Assembly: GCA_045576795.1 (NCBI GenBank)
Contig: JAZNHE010000019.1
Location: 1-61,140 of the forward strand
Length of the DNA: 61,140 nt
Origin: Eubacteriales bacterium
GTDB lineage: Bacteria; Bacillota; Clostridia; Oscillospirales; CAG-272
Direction of reading: 5' to 3'
Below are positions 9,768 through 19,387 of this stretch, piece by piece. Under the pieces are notes generated by a model. That model was given only the letters and a program-made list of their open reading frames with translations. It was not told where the DNA came from and did no database searches. A program made the position numbers and the translations under genes. Every line of letters starts with the position of its first letter. Within the stretch, counting starts at the first letter, position 1.

Positions 9768-10248
9768 TTTTTTCTACCTCAGCGGACTTCACCGCTTTCT
9801 TCCTTCCTCGCTTATTAAGGCTCTTTATCTCCTCCATAAAGGAGTCAATATCCCTGAATTCACGATATACCGATGCAAAGCGGATATATGAAACTATATC
9901 AATCTCCTTAAGCCTTGCCAATACCATTTCGCCTATATCCTGTGAGGTAATCTCGGACACGAGATCATTCTGCAATTCATTCTCAATATCCTTAGCTATT
10001 TCAAGCGGATCAACAGGACGCTTCTGGCACGCGCGCTCTATACCGAGCATAAGCTTATGCGCATCGAAGAATTCTCTCTTTCCGTTGCGCTTTACCACGG
10101 CGATAGTAACTGTTTCCACAACCTCGTAGGTAGTGAAACGCTTGCCGCACGAGGGACACTCGCGTCGGCGTCTTATGCTTGATCCATCCTCAACGGGACG
10201 TGAGTCAAGCACTCTGGAATCTGGGCTGTTACAAACGGGACATTTCAT
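9760..10248 (-). CDS. nrdR: Transcriptional repressor NrdR
   Basis: MKCPVCNSPDSRVLDSR...CPSCGKRFTTYE zinc ribbon followed by an ATP-cone. Confidence 0.93.
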   Translation of the reverse strand: MKCPVCNSPDSRVLDSRPVEDGSSIRRRRECPSCGKRFTTYEVVETVTIAVVKRNGKREFFDAHKLMLGIERACQKRPVDPLEIAKDIENELQNDLVSEITSQDIGEMVLARLKEIDIVSYIRFASVYREFRDIDSFMEEIKSLNKRGRKKAVKSAEVEKND

Positions 10249-10325
10249 AAAGAGGCCTCTCTATAATAATTAAAATAAAATAATTCATTATATTATAACA
10301 TATATTTTCGCAAAAGTAAATATTT

Positions 10326-10375
10326 TTTCAAAAATAAGTGCGTGGGCGGTCACGATATTACGGACACGCCCACGC
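10326..10375 (-). terminator. Rho-independent terminator after the PAP2 gene
   Basis: Stem GCGTGGGCG (10340-10348) / CGCCCACGC (10367-10375). The rc strand is followed by a T-run (ACTTATTTTTG). Confidence 0.6.
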
Positions 10376-10386
10376 GTATTATTAAT

Positions 10387-11376
10387 TTACTGCTCCTTAG
10401 CAGCTTTTTTCTTGAACAAACCGCATACCCACTCCGTAAACTTTTCCATAAACGGAATACGAAGCTTCTTGAAGAATTTGAAGGTAAGAGGCCAAACGGT
10501 GCCGGAGAATACTACGATAAGGAAGTATCTGACGGCGCGGGCAACGTATTCATTGCCAAAGAGTGATACAAGCGGTGTCTTTAACCCCTCCTTGATGAGA
10601 AGATCTATGCCGACTCCTATCACAAGCTTGATAACCTGAGAATACCATCTTGCATCCGTTTCAAAATTGATGCAGTACTTGTCAAGCGGATAAACAACCG
10701 CGAGTGCGAAAAGACATCCTGTCAGAGTAGCCGCATTCTTCTTTGCACTTGCGAGATTGGCGAGATCTGCCTCACTGACATACTTTGCCTCGGGCTGTAA
10801 GAAGGTGAAGAGAATGAAGGCTATGGAGAAGATAACCGAGCCGATGACAACCCAGTTCATATACTTTCTGCAGCTCTCTTCCGTACGGAAAACAAAGTGG
10901 AAGCCGAATACAAGCACCGACGCAACCACTAAAGAAACGCACACGTCCATAGGGGTATGGACTCCGAGATACATTCTCGAGAACGAAACGAGGAGTATAA
11001 TTACAATCGATAATATCTTAACCCATTTCTGCTTATTGTATCTGCCAATGCATCCAAAGGTGCCTGCTACGTTCTGGGTATGTCCCGAGGGGAATGAATA
11101 TCCCGTAGCATCCGGAACAGCACTCTCAACCGCAGTAAAGGTGGGATCCTTGATCCAGGGGCGCGGAACTCTGCACACGAGCTTGAGCCACTGATTTATT
11201 ACGGAGCCTACCACTCCGGTTACGAGGATATAATATCCCTGTCTTTTGTTAATGCACCAGAAGAAGAGTATTGCCAGAACCAGAAACGCTATCTCCGATC
11301 CAAGATGAGTGACAGCCGAGAAGAAGAAATCTCCAACACCTGTTCTGATCGCTTCAAGTAATCTTAAAAATGCCAT
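10387..11376 (-). CDS. PAP2-family membrane phosphatase
   Basis: Acid-phosphatase motifs KLVCRVPRP, PSGHT and SRMYLGVHTPMD. Multiple TM helices. Confidence 0.8.
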   Translation of the reverse strand: MAFLRLLEAIRTGVGDFFFSAVTHLGSEIAFLVLAILFFWCINKRQGYYILVTGVVGSVINQWLKLVCRVPRPWIKDPTFTAVESAVPDATGYSFPSGHTQNVAGTFGCIGRYNKQKWVKILSIVIILLVSFSRMYLGVHTPMDVCVSLVVASVLVFGFHFVFRTEESCRKYMNWVVIGSVIFSIAFILFTFLQPEAKYVSEADLANLASAKKNAATLTGCLFALAVVYPLDKYCINFETDARWYSQVIKLVIGVGIDLLIKEGLKTPLVSLFGNEYVARAVRYFLIVVFSGTVWPLTFKFFKKLRIPFMEKFTEWVCGLFKKKAAKEQ

Positions 11377-11389
11377 ATTGTGCCCTCAC

Positions 11390-12349
11390 TTATTCGTTAT
11401 TTTCATAAAGAGCCTTGGCTCTCTCAACAGCCGCGGTTCCTGCTTTGAGCTTATCTATGTTGGGTGACTCAACCGTCGTCCACGTTGTCTGTATGAATCC
11501 AAGCAAATGCTCTTTCGATATATGCTCCTTGCAGTATTTAACAAGCAGCTCCATATTTTCATCGTGATATTCTATGCTTCCGCACGGCATCTGATCAAAT
11601 CCGTTAGACTCAAGAATATCAAACGGTGCCACACGGATGCGCATCCGTTCACTTATTCCCTCTCCGTATTCGATAAAGTAGTACCAATTGACAGGCACTA
11701 CCGATTTAGGCAATCTTTCGACAAACTCATCGGGACGGTTGCGCGCATAATCTGACCAGACGAGCGCACGTGCGCCGTGTCTTTCAACACACTCCGAAAG
11801 ATATATGAGATCATGCCACCAAAGATCGTTCTGCCTGATAGCTACGTAATCGTACTTTGCTTGATGCTCTATTCCCTCCTCATCAAATCCGATGTGGAAA
11901 TAACGGGCATCAAACAGCTCGCACACTTCGCCTATCAGGTCACTGCAAACCTTGTAGTACGTATCGGTAGATAACATTCTCGAATATTCCTTGAGCCACA
12001 CGTCGTGAGTGGCGGAAAAATTCAGCTTGGGAATAACCTCAAAGCCAAGCTCGTTGAGTCTGTCAAGCTCTTGTCGCATCTCTTCCTTTGTGAATGAACC
12101 GTCAATCGCAAGCTCGGGATGCGTATCAAAAATCATAGCATCCGCAAGATCTATGATTATAGCGTTAAGCCCCGCCCTTTTCATATCGTCAACGTACATA
12201 TTCCAGGTATCTCTGTCAAAGCGCATCGAGAATGATGCCGGACTGTGATACAGAGTTGAAGAGTCGCACCTCGTATTCCCAAAATCATACCATAAATTAG
12301 TACCTATATGAACAAGAGTAGCCCATAAAAAATCGTTATGTAACCTCAT
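11390..12349 (-). CDS. Putative TIM-barrel glycoside-hydrolase-like protein (HIGFDE motif, hexosaminidase-like)
   Basis: 319 aa with no signal peptide. YFHIGFDEEG resembles the GH20-type H-x-G-x-DE catalytic motif, and the gene sits next to GH2. The family call is weak. Confidence 0.45.
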   Translation of the reverse strand: MRLHNDFLWATLVHIGTNLWYDFGNTRCDSSTLYHSPASFSMRFDRDTWNMYVDDMKRAGLNAIIIDLADAMIFDTHPELAIDGSFTKEEMRQELDRLNELGFEVIPKLNFSATHDVWLKEYSRMLSTDTYYKVCSDLIGEVCELFDARYFHIGFDEEGIEHQAKYDYVAIRQNDLWWHDLIYLSECVERHGARALVWSDYARNRPDEFVERLPKSVVPVNWYYFIEYGEGISERMRIRVAPFDILESNGFDQMPCGSIEYHDENMELLVKYCKEHISKEHLLGFIQTTWTTVESPNIDKLKAGTAAVERAKALYENNE

Positions 12350-12377
12350 TATATGACCACCTTTATTTACATTATGC

Positions 12378-14828
12378 TCATATCAGAGTATATGCTCTGA
12401 CATTTATACCGTTTGCTGACGATGAGAACTTTTCAAGTCCGACAGTAATCTTTTCACCCTTCAGCATTGTGAAATAGTTGTCTGTCAGATTGTAATCGCC
12501 TTCTATTTCAACAGCCTGTAAATAGTCAAGTGCCTCTATCGTAACAGAATTATCGGTCAGGGCGGAAACCTTGAATTTATCACTTCTTCCGATGTGGAGA
12601 GCTCCCGTCTTGTGATAAGATCTATAGGTGTATCCGTCAGAAATAACATCGGATACAAGGAGCGTATTCTCCGTAATCGGAATATCAATATTCAGCTTTG
12701 CGGTAGAATATCCGTCTATCTCAACGTGCTTCTCCACCTTATCAAGCAATGCATAGCCATTAGCCTTATCAAGAGCGCGGATTATGACCTTTACAGACTT
12801 GCTTTCAGTCGACGTGTTAGATACGGTAAACTGTTTTCCGTCAACCTCAAATGATCCTACAACCTTGCGACTCAATCGCTTGAATGAGTAATAAGACGGC
12901 TTTCTTCTTCCATAGTAGTCGATAAATGCCCAGCCGACAGATGCCGGCCAGCAATCATTGAACATCCAGTAGATTATACCGTTGCTATATCCGAGATTGC
13001 GGAGCACAAGCTCCTTGGTTACCCTTACCCACTCGCACTGGAGGTATTTCATCTTGAAATATCTGTCCTCGCCGTCTGTAAATTCACCGAGTATGTGCTC
13101 TGCCATTGCGCGGATAGAATCATATATATGAACGGGAAGTCCCGGGTTGGTCTTGGCGTGATGCTTGAGTATCTTCTCATCATCCCCAATCAAGTCCTCC
13201 TCATTCATAAATTCCAGCATCGTTTCTCGGCACACAGCACCAAAGGTCGGCTCCTCCGAAACAAAGCGCGACGTAAACTGCGCGAGGTATTCCTTGTAAT
13301 CCTCGCAGTCCGTGCTATAGAAATGGTCAAAGCTCTCGCCAATAAAGTTGGTGTTATGCGAGGTGCCTGCAGTTATGGATGAAAACATATTTCCACCCCA
13401 TGGGCTCGACGGAAGAAACGGTATTCCCTTTGAATACTTATATATGCTTGGGAAAATTCCGTCATACGCACTGCTTCTTCCTGTATAGTCCGTTGTCGTA
13501 TCGCTTCCGCTCACCGCATTCTCGTTGTCACCGTGAAACCATGCAAGGCACGGATGATTTCGCATAAGCTTAACTGCATATTCCGACTCTAAAAGCAATT
13601 CATCTATAAACCACTGTTGCTTTTCTGGATAGTCGGCACACGCCATAAGGAAGTCGTGGCAAATGAGAACACCCTGTCTGTCACATTCGTCATAGAATGA
13701 CGGCTTCTCAAAAAGACCGCCGCCCCATACTCTGAGCATATTTACACCCATTTCCCGAGCCTTAACGACAAGTGAACGAAGCTTTTCGTCGCTCTCTTCA
13801 GACGCAAAAGGATCACACGGTACCCAGTTTCCGCCCCGACAGAAGATTTTCACGCCGTTCACTATCAGCTTAAATCCGAAGAAATTATCATCGGCGGTGC
13901 GGCTCTTTCCCGGCAACGTATTCTTGCTCTCGGCAAGTGCCTTTTCGTAGTAATCACTTCCGGGCTTGTCCTGAATATTAAGTATCCTGAGAGTCCTTAT
14001 TCCAAAGTCGGTTTCATATACGGAGTCGCCAACAGTTGCCCTCAAGGTGTATATCGGCTGATCTCCGTATCCTGTCGGATACCAGAGCTTAGGCTCGGAA
14101 ATATCCATCTTGCGAACAACGAGCTCGTGATCTGCATAGAATGAATCCTTATAGACCGACGTTCCGTCGGGTGCGATGACCTCGGCGTTAACAATGCTCG
14201 GATTATCTATTCCCGAAAGCTCATATTCCGCCACAACGGATGCACCGAAGCTATCGACCGCATCGGTCCTTACGTACACGTCCTCTATCTCAATACCGTC
14301 ACGATATTCAAGATATACGGGGCGAAAAATCCCCATTGTAACAAATCTGTCAACCCAGTCCCAAGAATAAGTACACTGAATTCGACGTGCGTTAACTCTG
14401 TCAGAAGTAAAGGCATATCCGCCTGTTACCGGCATTCCCTCAACCGCCTTTACGGGTGAGGTAAACTCAACACGGAGTACGTTATCCTTCTCCTTAAGCA
14501 CGTCCGATACGTCAAAGGAGTGCGGAATAAACATATTATGCACCTCGGAAATCAGCTTGCCGTTGAGATAAATTTCAGCAAACGTATCGATGCCTTCAAA
14601 GGTAAGCCGTACGTTCTTCGCCGGCACAGCATCAAATCTCGTCGTGTACACGGGTGAGCAGTTCTCCACCCAGAGATATTTATCGTTATTGTCCCTAAAA
14701 TACAAGTCCTTGATAATTCCTGCATTTATGAGATCTGTATGTAGGCATCCCGGAACTTTAGCATCGAGCTCTTCGCCTATTTTCGGATCCGCTACGCGCC
14801 ATCCGTTATGTAAATATACTTTTCTCAT
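12378..14828 (-). CDS. Beta-mannosidase (GH2)
   Basis: 816 aa. N-terminus LHNGWRV...VPGCLHTDL...DLYFRDNN and WFHGDNEN catalytic region are typical of GH2 beta-mannosidases. Confidence 0.82.
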   Translation of the reverse strand: MRKVYLHNGWRVADPKIGEELDAKVPGCLHTDLINAGIIKDLYFRDNNDKYLWVENCSPVYTTRFDAVPAKNVRLTFEGIDTFAEIYLNGKLISEVHNMFIPHSFDVSDVLKEKDNVLRVEFTSPVKAVEGMPVTGGYAFTSDRVNARRIQCTYSWDWVDRFVTMGIFRPVYLEYRDGIEIEDVYVRTDAVDSFGASVVAEYELSGIDNPSIVNAEVIAPDGTSVYKDSFYADHELVVRKMDISEPKLWYPTGYGDQPIYTLRATVGDSVYETDFGIRTLRILNIQDKPGSDYYEKALAESKNTLPGKSRTADDNFFGFKLIVNGVKIFCRGGNWVPCDPFASEESDEKLRSLVVKAREMGVNMLRVWGGGLFEKPSFYDECDRQGVLICHDFLMACADYPEKQQWFIDELLLESEYAVKLMRNHPCLAWFHGDNENAVSGSDTTTDYTGRSSAYDGIFPSIYKYSKGIPFLPSSPWGGNMFSSITAGTSHNTNFIGESFDHFYSTDCEDYKEYLAQFTSRFVSEEPTFGAVCRETMLEFMNEEDLIGDDEKILKHHAKTNPGLPVHIYDSIRAMAEHILGEFTDGEDRYFKMKYLQCEWVRVTKELVLRNLGYSNGIIYWMFNDCWPASVGWAFIDYYGRRKPSYYSFKRLSRKVVGSFEVDGKQFTVSNTSTESKSVKVIIRALDKANGYALLDKVEKHVEIDGYSTAKLNIDIPITENTLLVSDVISDGYTYRSYHKTGALHIGRSDKFKVSALTDNSVTIEALDYLQAVEIEGDYNLTDNYFTMLKGEKITVGLEKFSSSANGINVRAYTLI

Positions 14829-16039
14829 TTTTCATTCTCCAAAAAGGTGTGTATCTTTACGCCCTGACCGACAAGATGCTCCTGTAATGCCTTGATATCA
14901 ATAGCAGAAAAATCATCACTCATAGCCGCAGCCGCACCTGCCGCCTCACCCGATACAGCGCACACGGGTATAACTCTCGTTACATCCCACATCTCCTCGT
15001 CAACAGATATGCACCTGCCTGCCGTGATAAGATTTTTAACCTCTTTTCCATAAAGTGCGGATAGCGGAAGCTCATACACGGGGCCCCTCTTCTTCCAGTT
15101 TGGGAAGATGCCGACGCTGTCGGAATAAGTTGTTCCAATCTCGTCAATCCCCTGCGTATATGCTCCTGAAATACGTCTTGTCATACGCAGCTCAGGAGTT
15201 GTGAACATTGACGTAGGGGCTAAATCCGGTATCGCTGATCTTCTGTCAAGCAAATTATTGACAATAACACCGTGAGCGGTGACAACCATATCGGACACCT
15301 CCTCGGTGTCAAGTCCCGAATATCTTGTTTTATCCTTAAGAGTGGTGGCATTTGCTTCCGCCTCATCACCGACTCCCAAATCATGCACACCGCACATATA
15401 CAGGTTAAGCTTACCGTCGCCAAGTCCGTAATACCAAGCCGCGAGCTTGTTGCCGGGTGCATAAACCTCAGTCCTTGCACCTGCGAGCTTACATACGTCA
15501 GCGTCACCGGTGGCATCAACGACGGAGCGTCGTACGGCTATAGCCTCTCTGCCGCCCTTTCCCTCTATAACGATATGGGTGACCCTGCCGTTTTCCGTCG
15601 GAGCAGCTACAACAGTAGCCCCGTATATTATTTTTACCCCTTCTCTTATGAGAAGCTGCTCTGCACTGATGGCGAAAAGCTGGGCGTTAAACTGCACCTC
15701 AAAGCGACTCTTTACTCTCTGCTCAAGAGTGCCTCCGTCAAGCCATGCGGTAGGGTATCTCGCCTCCGCGCCGTGTTCAATCGAGAGCATAAAGAGCTCT
15801 TCGGCAAGTCCGTAGCAGACCTGATGCCCCATGCCGTCGCAAAGCGGCAGATATATTGTCACAAGGCCCGCTGTCGCAAGACCGCCGAGCATAAATCCGC
15901 GCTCGAGCAAGATGACGTCCTTTGCTCCTGCACGCTTGGCAGAAATTGCGGCTGCTATTCCGGCAACTCCTCCTCCGGATACACAGACGTCGCACTCATA
16001 TTTCAGCGGAGTTTCCAATTTCTCGTTAATAATCGTCAT
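14825..16039 (-). CDS. FAD-dependent oxidoreductase (PF12831-like)
   Basis: Dinucleotide-binding motif VCVSGGGVAGIAAA...LLERG, 404 aa. Overlaps the GH2 start by 4 nt. Confidence 0.8.
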   Translation of the reverse strand: MTIINEKLETPLKYECDVCVSGGGVAGIAAAISAKRAGAKDVILLERGFMLGGLATAGLVTIYLPLCDGMGHQVCYGLAEELFMLSIEHGAEARYPTAWLDGGTLEQRVKSRFEVQFNAQLFAISAEQLLIREGVKIIYGATVVAAPTENGRVTHIVIEGKGGREAIAVRRSVVDATGDADVCKLAGARTEVYAPGNKLAAWYYGLGDGKLNLYMCGVHDLGVGDEAEANATTLKDKTRYSGLDTEEVSDMVVTAHGVIVNNLLDRRSAIPDLAPTSMFTTPELRMTRRISGAYTQGIDEIGTTYSDSVGIFPNWKKRGPVYELPLSALYGKEVKNLITAGRCISVDEEMWDVTRVIPVCAVSGEAAGAAAAMSDDFSAIDIKALQEHLVGQGVKIHTFLENEK

Positions 16040-16330
16040 AGGCTCACCTCGAATAACTTTTTATTAACACTTGAATTATACCACTGTGTCGGCTGAATTG
16101 CAATACTTTTCGCAAAATAAGAAGGATACGCCTGTGCGTGTTATACGTAGTGGAGGACACGATTATGCGTGTTGTACTTATTGGTGGACAGGCGGTTAAT
16201 TCCGTCTTTGACGGGCGAAATCAGGCATTAGCGGAGAAATCACGCTTCTTTTGGCTACCGTAGTTTTGATTTGATTTCATATAATGACTTGCCATTACAT
16301 TTCATCTATGCGAAGCGAGGATTTCATCAA

Positions 16331-16376
16331 ACAAAAAGAGCAAGAGTAAAAGGATAGCTTCCTTCTATTCTTGCTC
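16331..16376 (-). terminator. Rho-independent terminator after the rpiB-like gene
   Basis: Stem GAGCAAGA (16338-16345) / TCTTGCTC (16369-16376). The rc strand is followed by TTTTTGTTTG. Confidence 0.65.
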
Positions 16377-16393
16377 TGCTTGTTTTACGTAAA

Positions 16394-17032
16394 TCAGTTG
16401 AGAAGATTTCTTACACAGTTAGCAATCTTGTCATCCTTGCAGTTTGCAAAGAAGTATTCCTGGAACTTTGCACCTGCGATTGCGCCCTTAACAAGGTCGC
16501 GATCAAGATTTTCAAGAATGTAGATAATGTCGGTATGAGTAACCTTCTTTACCTCGTCGAGTATCTTCTTATTTCTCTGCTCGGGTACTGCTCTCTCACG
16601 AGGATAGCCGAGTCCCCACTCGGAAACAAAGAGCTTCTCGAAAACGTACTGAAGATTAAGCTCACAGCCCCAACCCCATCCCTTTGCAAAGGGCATTGCA
16701 ATAGCGTTACCGTTGTTTACCTGAGTAAACTGATAAGCGTCGGTAGGATCAACAACGTGACCGCAAAGAACGCCGGGGAATGAGTTACATGCAAGCATAG
16801 CGCCCTCGCCTGTTCCACATCCGGTAATAACAAGATCACACGCACCGGAGTTGAGGAGGATAGCAGAGAGAATACCTATCTGAACATAGGTGAGTTGCTC
16901 CTTGTCATCTGCGGAGTACATACCGTAATTGAACACCTCGTGTCCAAGAGGCTCAACAACCTTTTTAAGAGTATCGCAGATAAGAGCGTTTTTAGCCGCC
17001 TGGCTATTTTCGTTAATAAGTGCAATTTTCAT
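16394..17032 (-). CDS. RpiB/LacA/LacB-family sugar-phosphate isomerase
   Basis: 212 aa, GCGTGEGAMLACN motif and overall RpiB-like layout. Confidence 0.8.
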   Translation of the reverse strand: MKIALINENSQAAKNALICDTLKKVVEPLGHEVFNYGMYSADDKEQLTYVQIGILSAILLNSGACDLVITGCGTGEGAMLACNSFPGVLCGHVVDPTDAYQFTQVNNGNAIAMPFAKGWGWGCELNLQYVFEKLFVSEWGLGYPRERAVPEQRNKKILDEVKKVTHTDIIYILENLDRDLVKGAIAGAKFQEYFFANCKDDKIANCVRNLLN

Positions 17033-17090
17033 TTCAGGATATCCTTTTCAAATTAATATTATCAATTTTGCGAACAAATATTGTCAAAAA

Positions 17091-18377
17091 TTACGGTGTA
17101 AGACGGTTAGGGCCTCTGAACAGGAACTGTACCTCTTTGATAGAAAGTCCAAGAAACAGCATTGTAAGACGGTCGATACCAAGTCCAAATCCACCGTGAG
17201 GAGGACAGCCGTACTTGAAGAATTCGAGGTAGAACTTAACGTCATCTGCAAGTCCCTTCTCCTCTGCCTGCGCCTTGAGAACCTCGTATCTGTGCTCTCT
17301 CTGTGCGCCCGTTGTAATCTCAACTCCGCGCCAAATGAGGTCATAGCCCTGAGGAACACCGTTCTCATCTCTCATGTGGTAGAAGGCTCTTTCCTTTGCA
17401 TCATAATCCGTGATGAAGAGAAATTCATGTCCGAACATATCCTTGCAGAGCTGCTTGGTCATTCTCTCTGCTTCTGTTGTAAGATCACCGTGAAGCTCTT
17501 CGGGTACGGTATAGCCGTATCTTGCCTCAAGCTCCTTATATACGTCCTTAAGCTTCATTCTCGGGAAAGGAAGCGTAGGAACCTCAAGGTCCATACCGAA
17601 AAGCTCCTTTATCGCATCACCGTGAGCTGCCTTTACCTTTGCGATAGCGTAGGTAACAAGCTCCTCCTCCATCTTCATAACGTCCTCACAGCCGTTGATG
17701 TAGGAGAACTCAAGGTCAAAGCCTGTAAACTCGGTTGCATGCTTGTTGGTATAGGACTTCTCTGCTCTGAACACAGGGCCTGTCTCGAATATTCTCTCAA
17801 GTCCCGATGCCATAGCCATCTGCTTATAGAACTGAGGTGACTGTGCAAGATATGCCTTGCCGTCAAAGTACTTAACCTCAAATACGTCAGAGCCGGACTC
17901 TGAAGCGGCAGCTATAAGCTTGGGTGTATGAATTTCCACAAAGTCTCTCTCAACGAGGAACTCACGGAGTGCCGCGGTAAGAGTAGTCTGAAGTGAGAGC
18001 ATGAGATGGTTCTTCTCACGGCGGAGATCTATCCATCTGTAATCCATTCTTACGTCGATATCGGAATCGTCCTTGATAGGAAGCGCCTCTGCAACCGACT
18101 CAATTCTCATTGTGTCGGGATACATTTCCTTGCCGCCCATCTTTACATACTCGGATGCCACAACCTCACCCTCAAACGTAACTACCGAGTGGATAGTGAG
18201 CTGATCAAGCATTTCGAGCATTTCAGGATGCTTTTCCTTTTCAATAGTAACCTGAAGCTTGCCTGTAAAGTCCTTTACTACTATGAATGCCATAGTTCTC
18301 TTGTTACGGAAGTTTTCGACAAATCCCTGTACGCGGTGTACACCGGGCACTATGTCTTTAATATAGGTTCTTTCCAT
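17091..18377 (-). CDS. aspS: Aspartate--tRNA ligase, type 2 (archaeal-like, ~430 aa)
   Basis: Class II motifs QSPQFYKQ, FRAEKSYTNKHATEF and GGFGLGIDRL, with C-terminal ...NRLTP. QSPQ.YKQ favours AspRS over AsnRS. Confidence 0.8.
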   Translation of the reverse strand: MERTYIKDIVPGVHRVQGFVENFRNKRTMAFIVVKDFTGKLQVTIEKEKHPEMLEMLDQLTIHSVVTFEGEVVASEYVKMGGKEMYPDTMRIESVAEALPIKDDSDIDVRMDYRWIDLRREKNHLMLSLQTTLTAALREFLVERDFVEIHTPKLIAAASESGSDVFEVKYFDGKAYLAQSPQFYKQMAMASGLERIFETGPVFRAEKSYTNKHATEFTGFDLEFSYINGCEDVMKMEEELVTYAIAKVKAAHGDAIKELFGMDLEVPTLPFPRMKLKDVYKELEARYGYTVPEELHGDLTTEAERMTKQLCKDMFGHEFLFITDYDAKERAFYHMRDENGVPQGYDLIWRGVEITTGAQREHRYEVLKAQAEEKGLADDVKFYLEFFKYGCPPHGGFGLGIDRLTMLFLGLSIKEVQFLFRGPNRLTP

Positions 18378-18448
18378 TATAAACGTCCTTTCGCTTATAC
18401 ATTATTCATCTGTTGTATTATATAAAATTTTTCACTGATTGTCAAGTG

Positions 18449-19261
18449 CTATTTTACGGTTTTCATCCACTCAACAGAGGCTGAGAGCCATCCCTCTGCA
18501 AGAGGCTCTATAAATTCGGGGTTTCCCTCCGCCGTTATAGCGTTGGAAAGTGCCAATCCATGCACTCCGTAAGGATAAACGTGCAGGGATACGGGTGTGC
18601 CGACCTTATAGTACGCCTCGGTGAGTCTTAACGAGCCAAGAACAGGTACCAGCTGATCCCGTGAGGTGTGCCATATAAATGCGGGAGCAGAATCCTGCGA
18701 TACGTTCATCTCAAGCGAGAGCTTTTCTCTTTCCGCCTCGGATATTTCGGAGAACGGCTTTCCGGACAAATACTCAAAGGACTCTTGATGAGTATCACAC
18801 ATAGCAGAAACCACGGGATATGAAAGTATTGCTCCGCGAGGCTTATTATCGCCCCTACCAATGCCAAGCGATGCAAGAACGTCGGGATCATCGTGAAGTA
18901 TGGCAAGAGAGCCTGCAAGATGTCCGCCTGCAGAAAAGCCTACCGCGAAAATCCTATCCCTGTTTATCATAAATCGGTCAGCGTTGGATTTAATATAACA
19001 AATAGCAAAGGATGCATCTGTCAGCTGGCTGGGATACTTATACTCTTCTCCAACCGCATAAGTCAGGACAAAGGCGTTTATACCATGCTCGAGATATGCG
19101 AGAGCTATCGGCTCTCCCTCCCTATCGTAGCATACATTACAATATCCTCCGCCCGGGAAAATTAAAACGGCATCACGCCTCTCTTCGTCAGCTCCTGAAA
19201 GGTAGGCATCAAGGTATACGTCGTGTCCAAAAACATTAAAGGTAAAACGTTCGTGCAGCAT
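18449..19261 (-). CDS. Alpha/beta hydrolase (esterase/lipase-like)
   Basis: HGGG-like FPGGGY oxyanion motif and GFSAGGHLA nucleophile elbow. Confidence 0.8.
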   Translation of the reverse strand: MLHERFTFNVFGHDVYLDAYLSGADEERRDAVLIFPGGGYCNVCYDREGEPIALAYLEHGINAFVLTYAVGEEYKYPSQLTDASFAICYIKSNADRFMINRDRIFAVGFSAGGHLAGSLAILHDDPDVLASLGIGRGDNKPRGAILSYPVVSAMCDTHQESFEYLSGKPFSEISEAEREKLSLEMNVSQDSAPAFIWHTSRDQLVPVLGSLRLTEAYYKVGTPVSLHVYPYGVHGLALSNAITAEGNPEFIEPLAEGWLSASVEWMKTVK

Positions 19262-19387
19262 TGCAAACCTCCAGAATAAATCGCTTTTTCCTCATTTTAA
19301 CATATTTATTTAATTTTTACAAGTGCATCGTTGACATTTATTTTGACATGTGTTAATATAACAGTAACCTAAATAACGGAGGCATCT

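Noticed and set aside
16929-17840. 303-aa plus-strand ORF overlapping the rpiB-like and aspS genes, and similar antisense ORFs listed throughout the track.
   Set aside because: It lies opposite well-supported conserved genes. The product is Leu/Cys/Ser-rich with no motifs and there are no translation signals.
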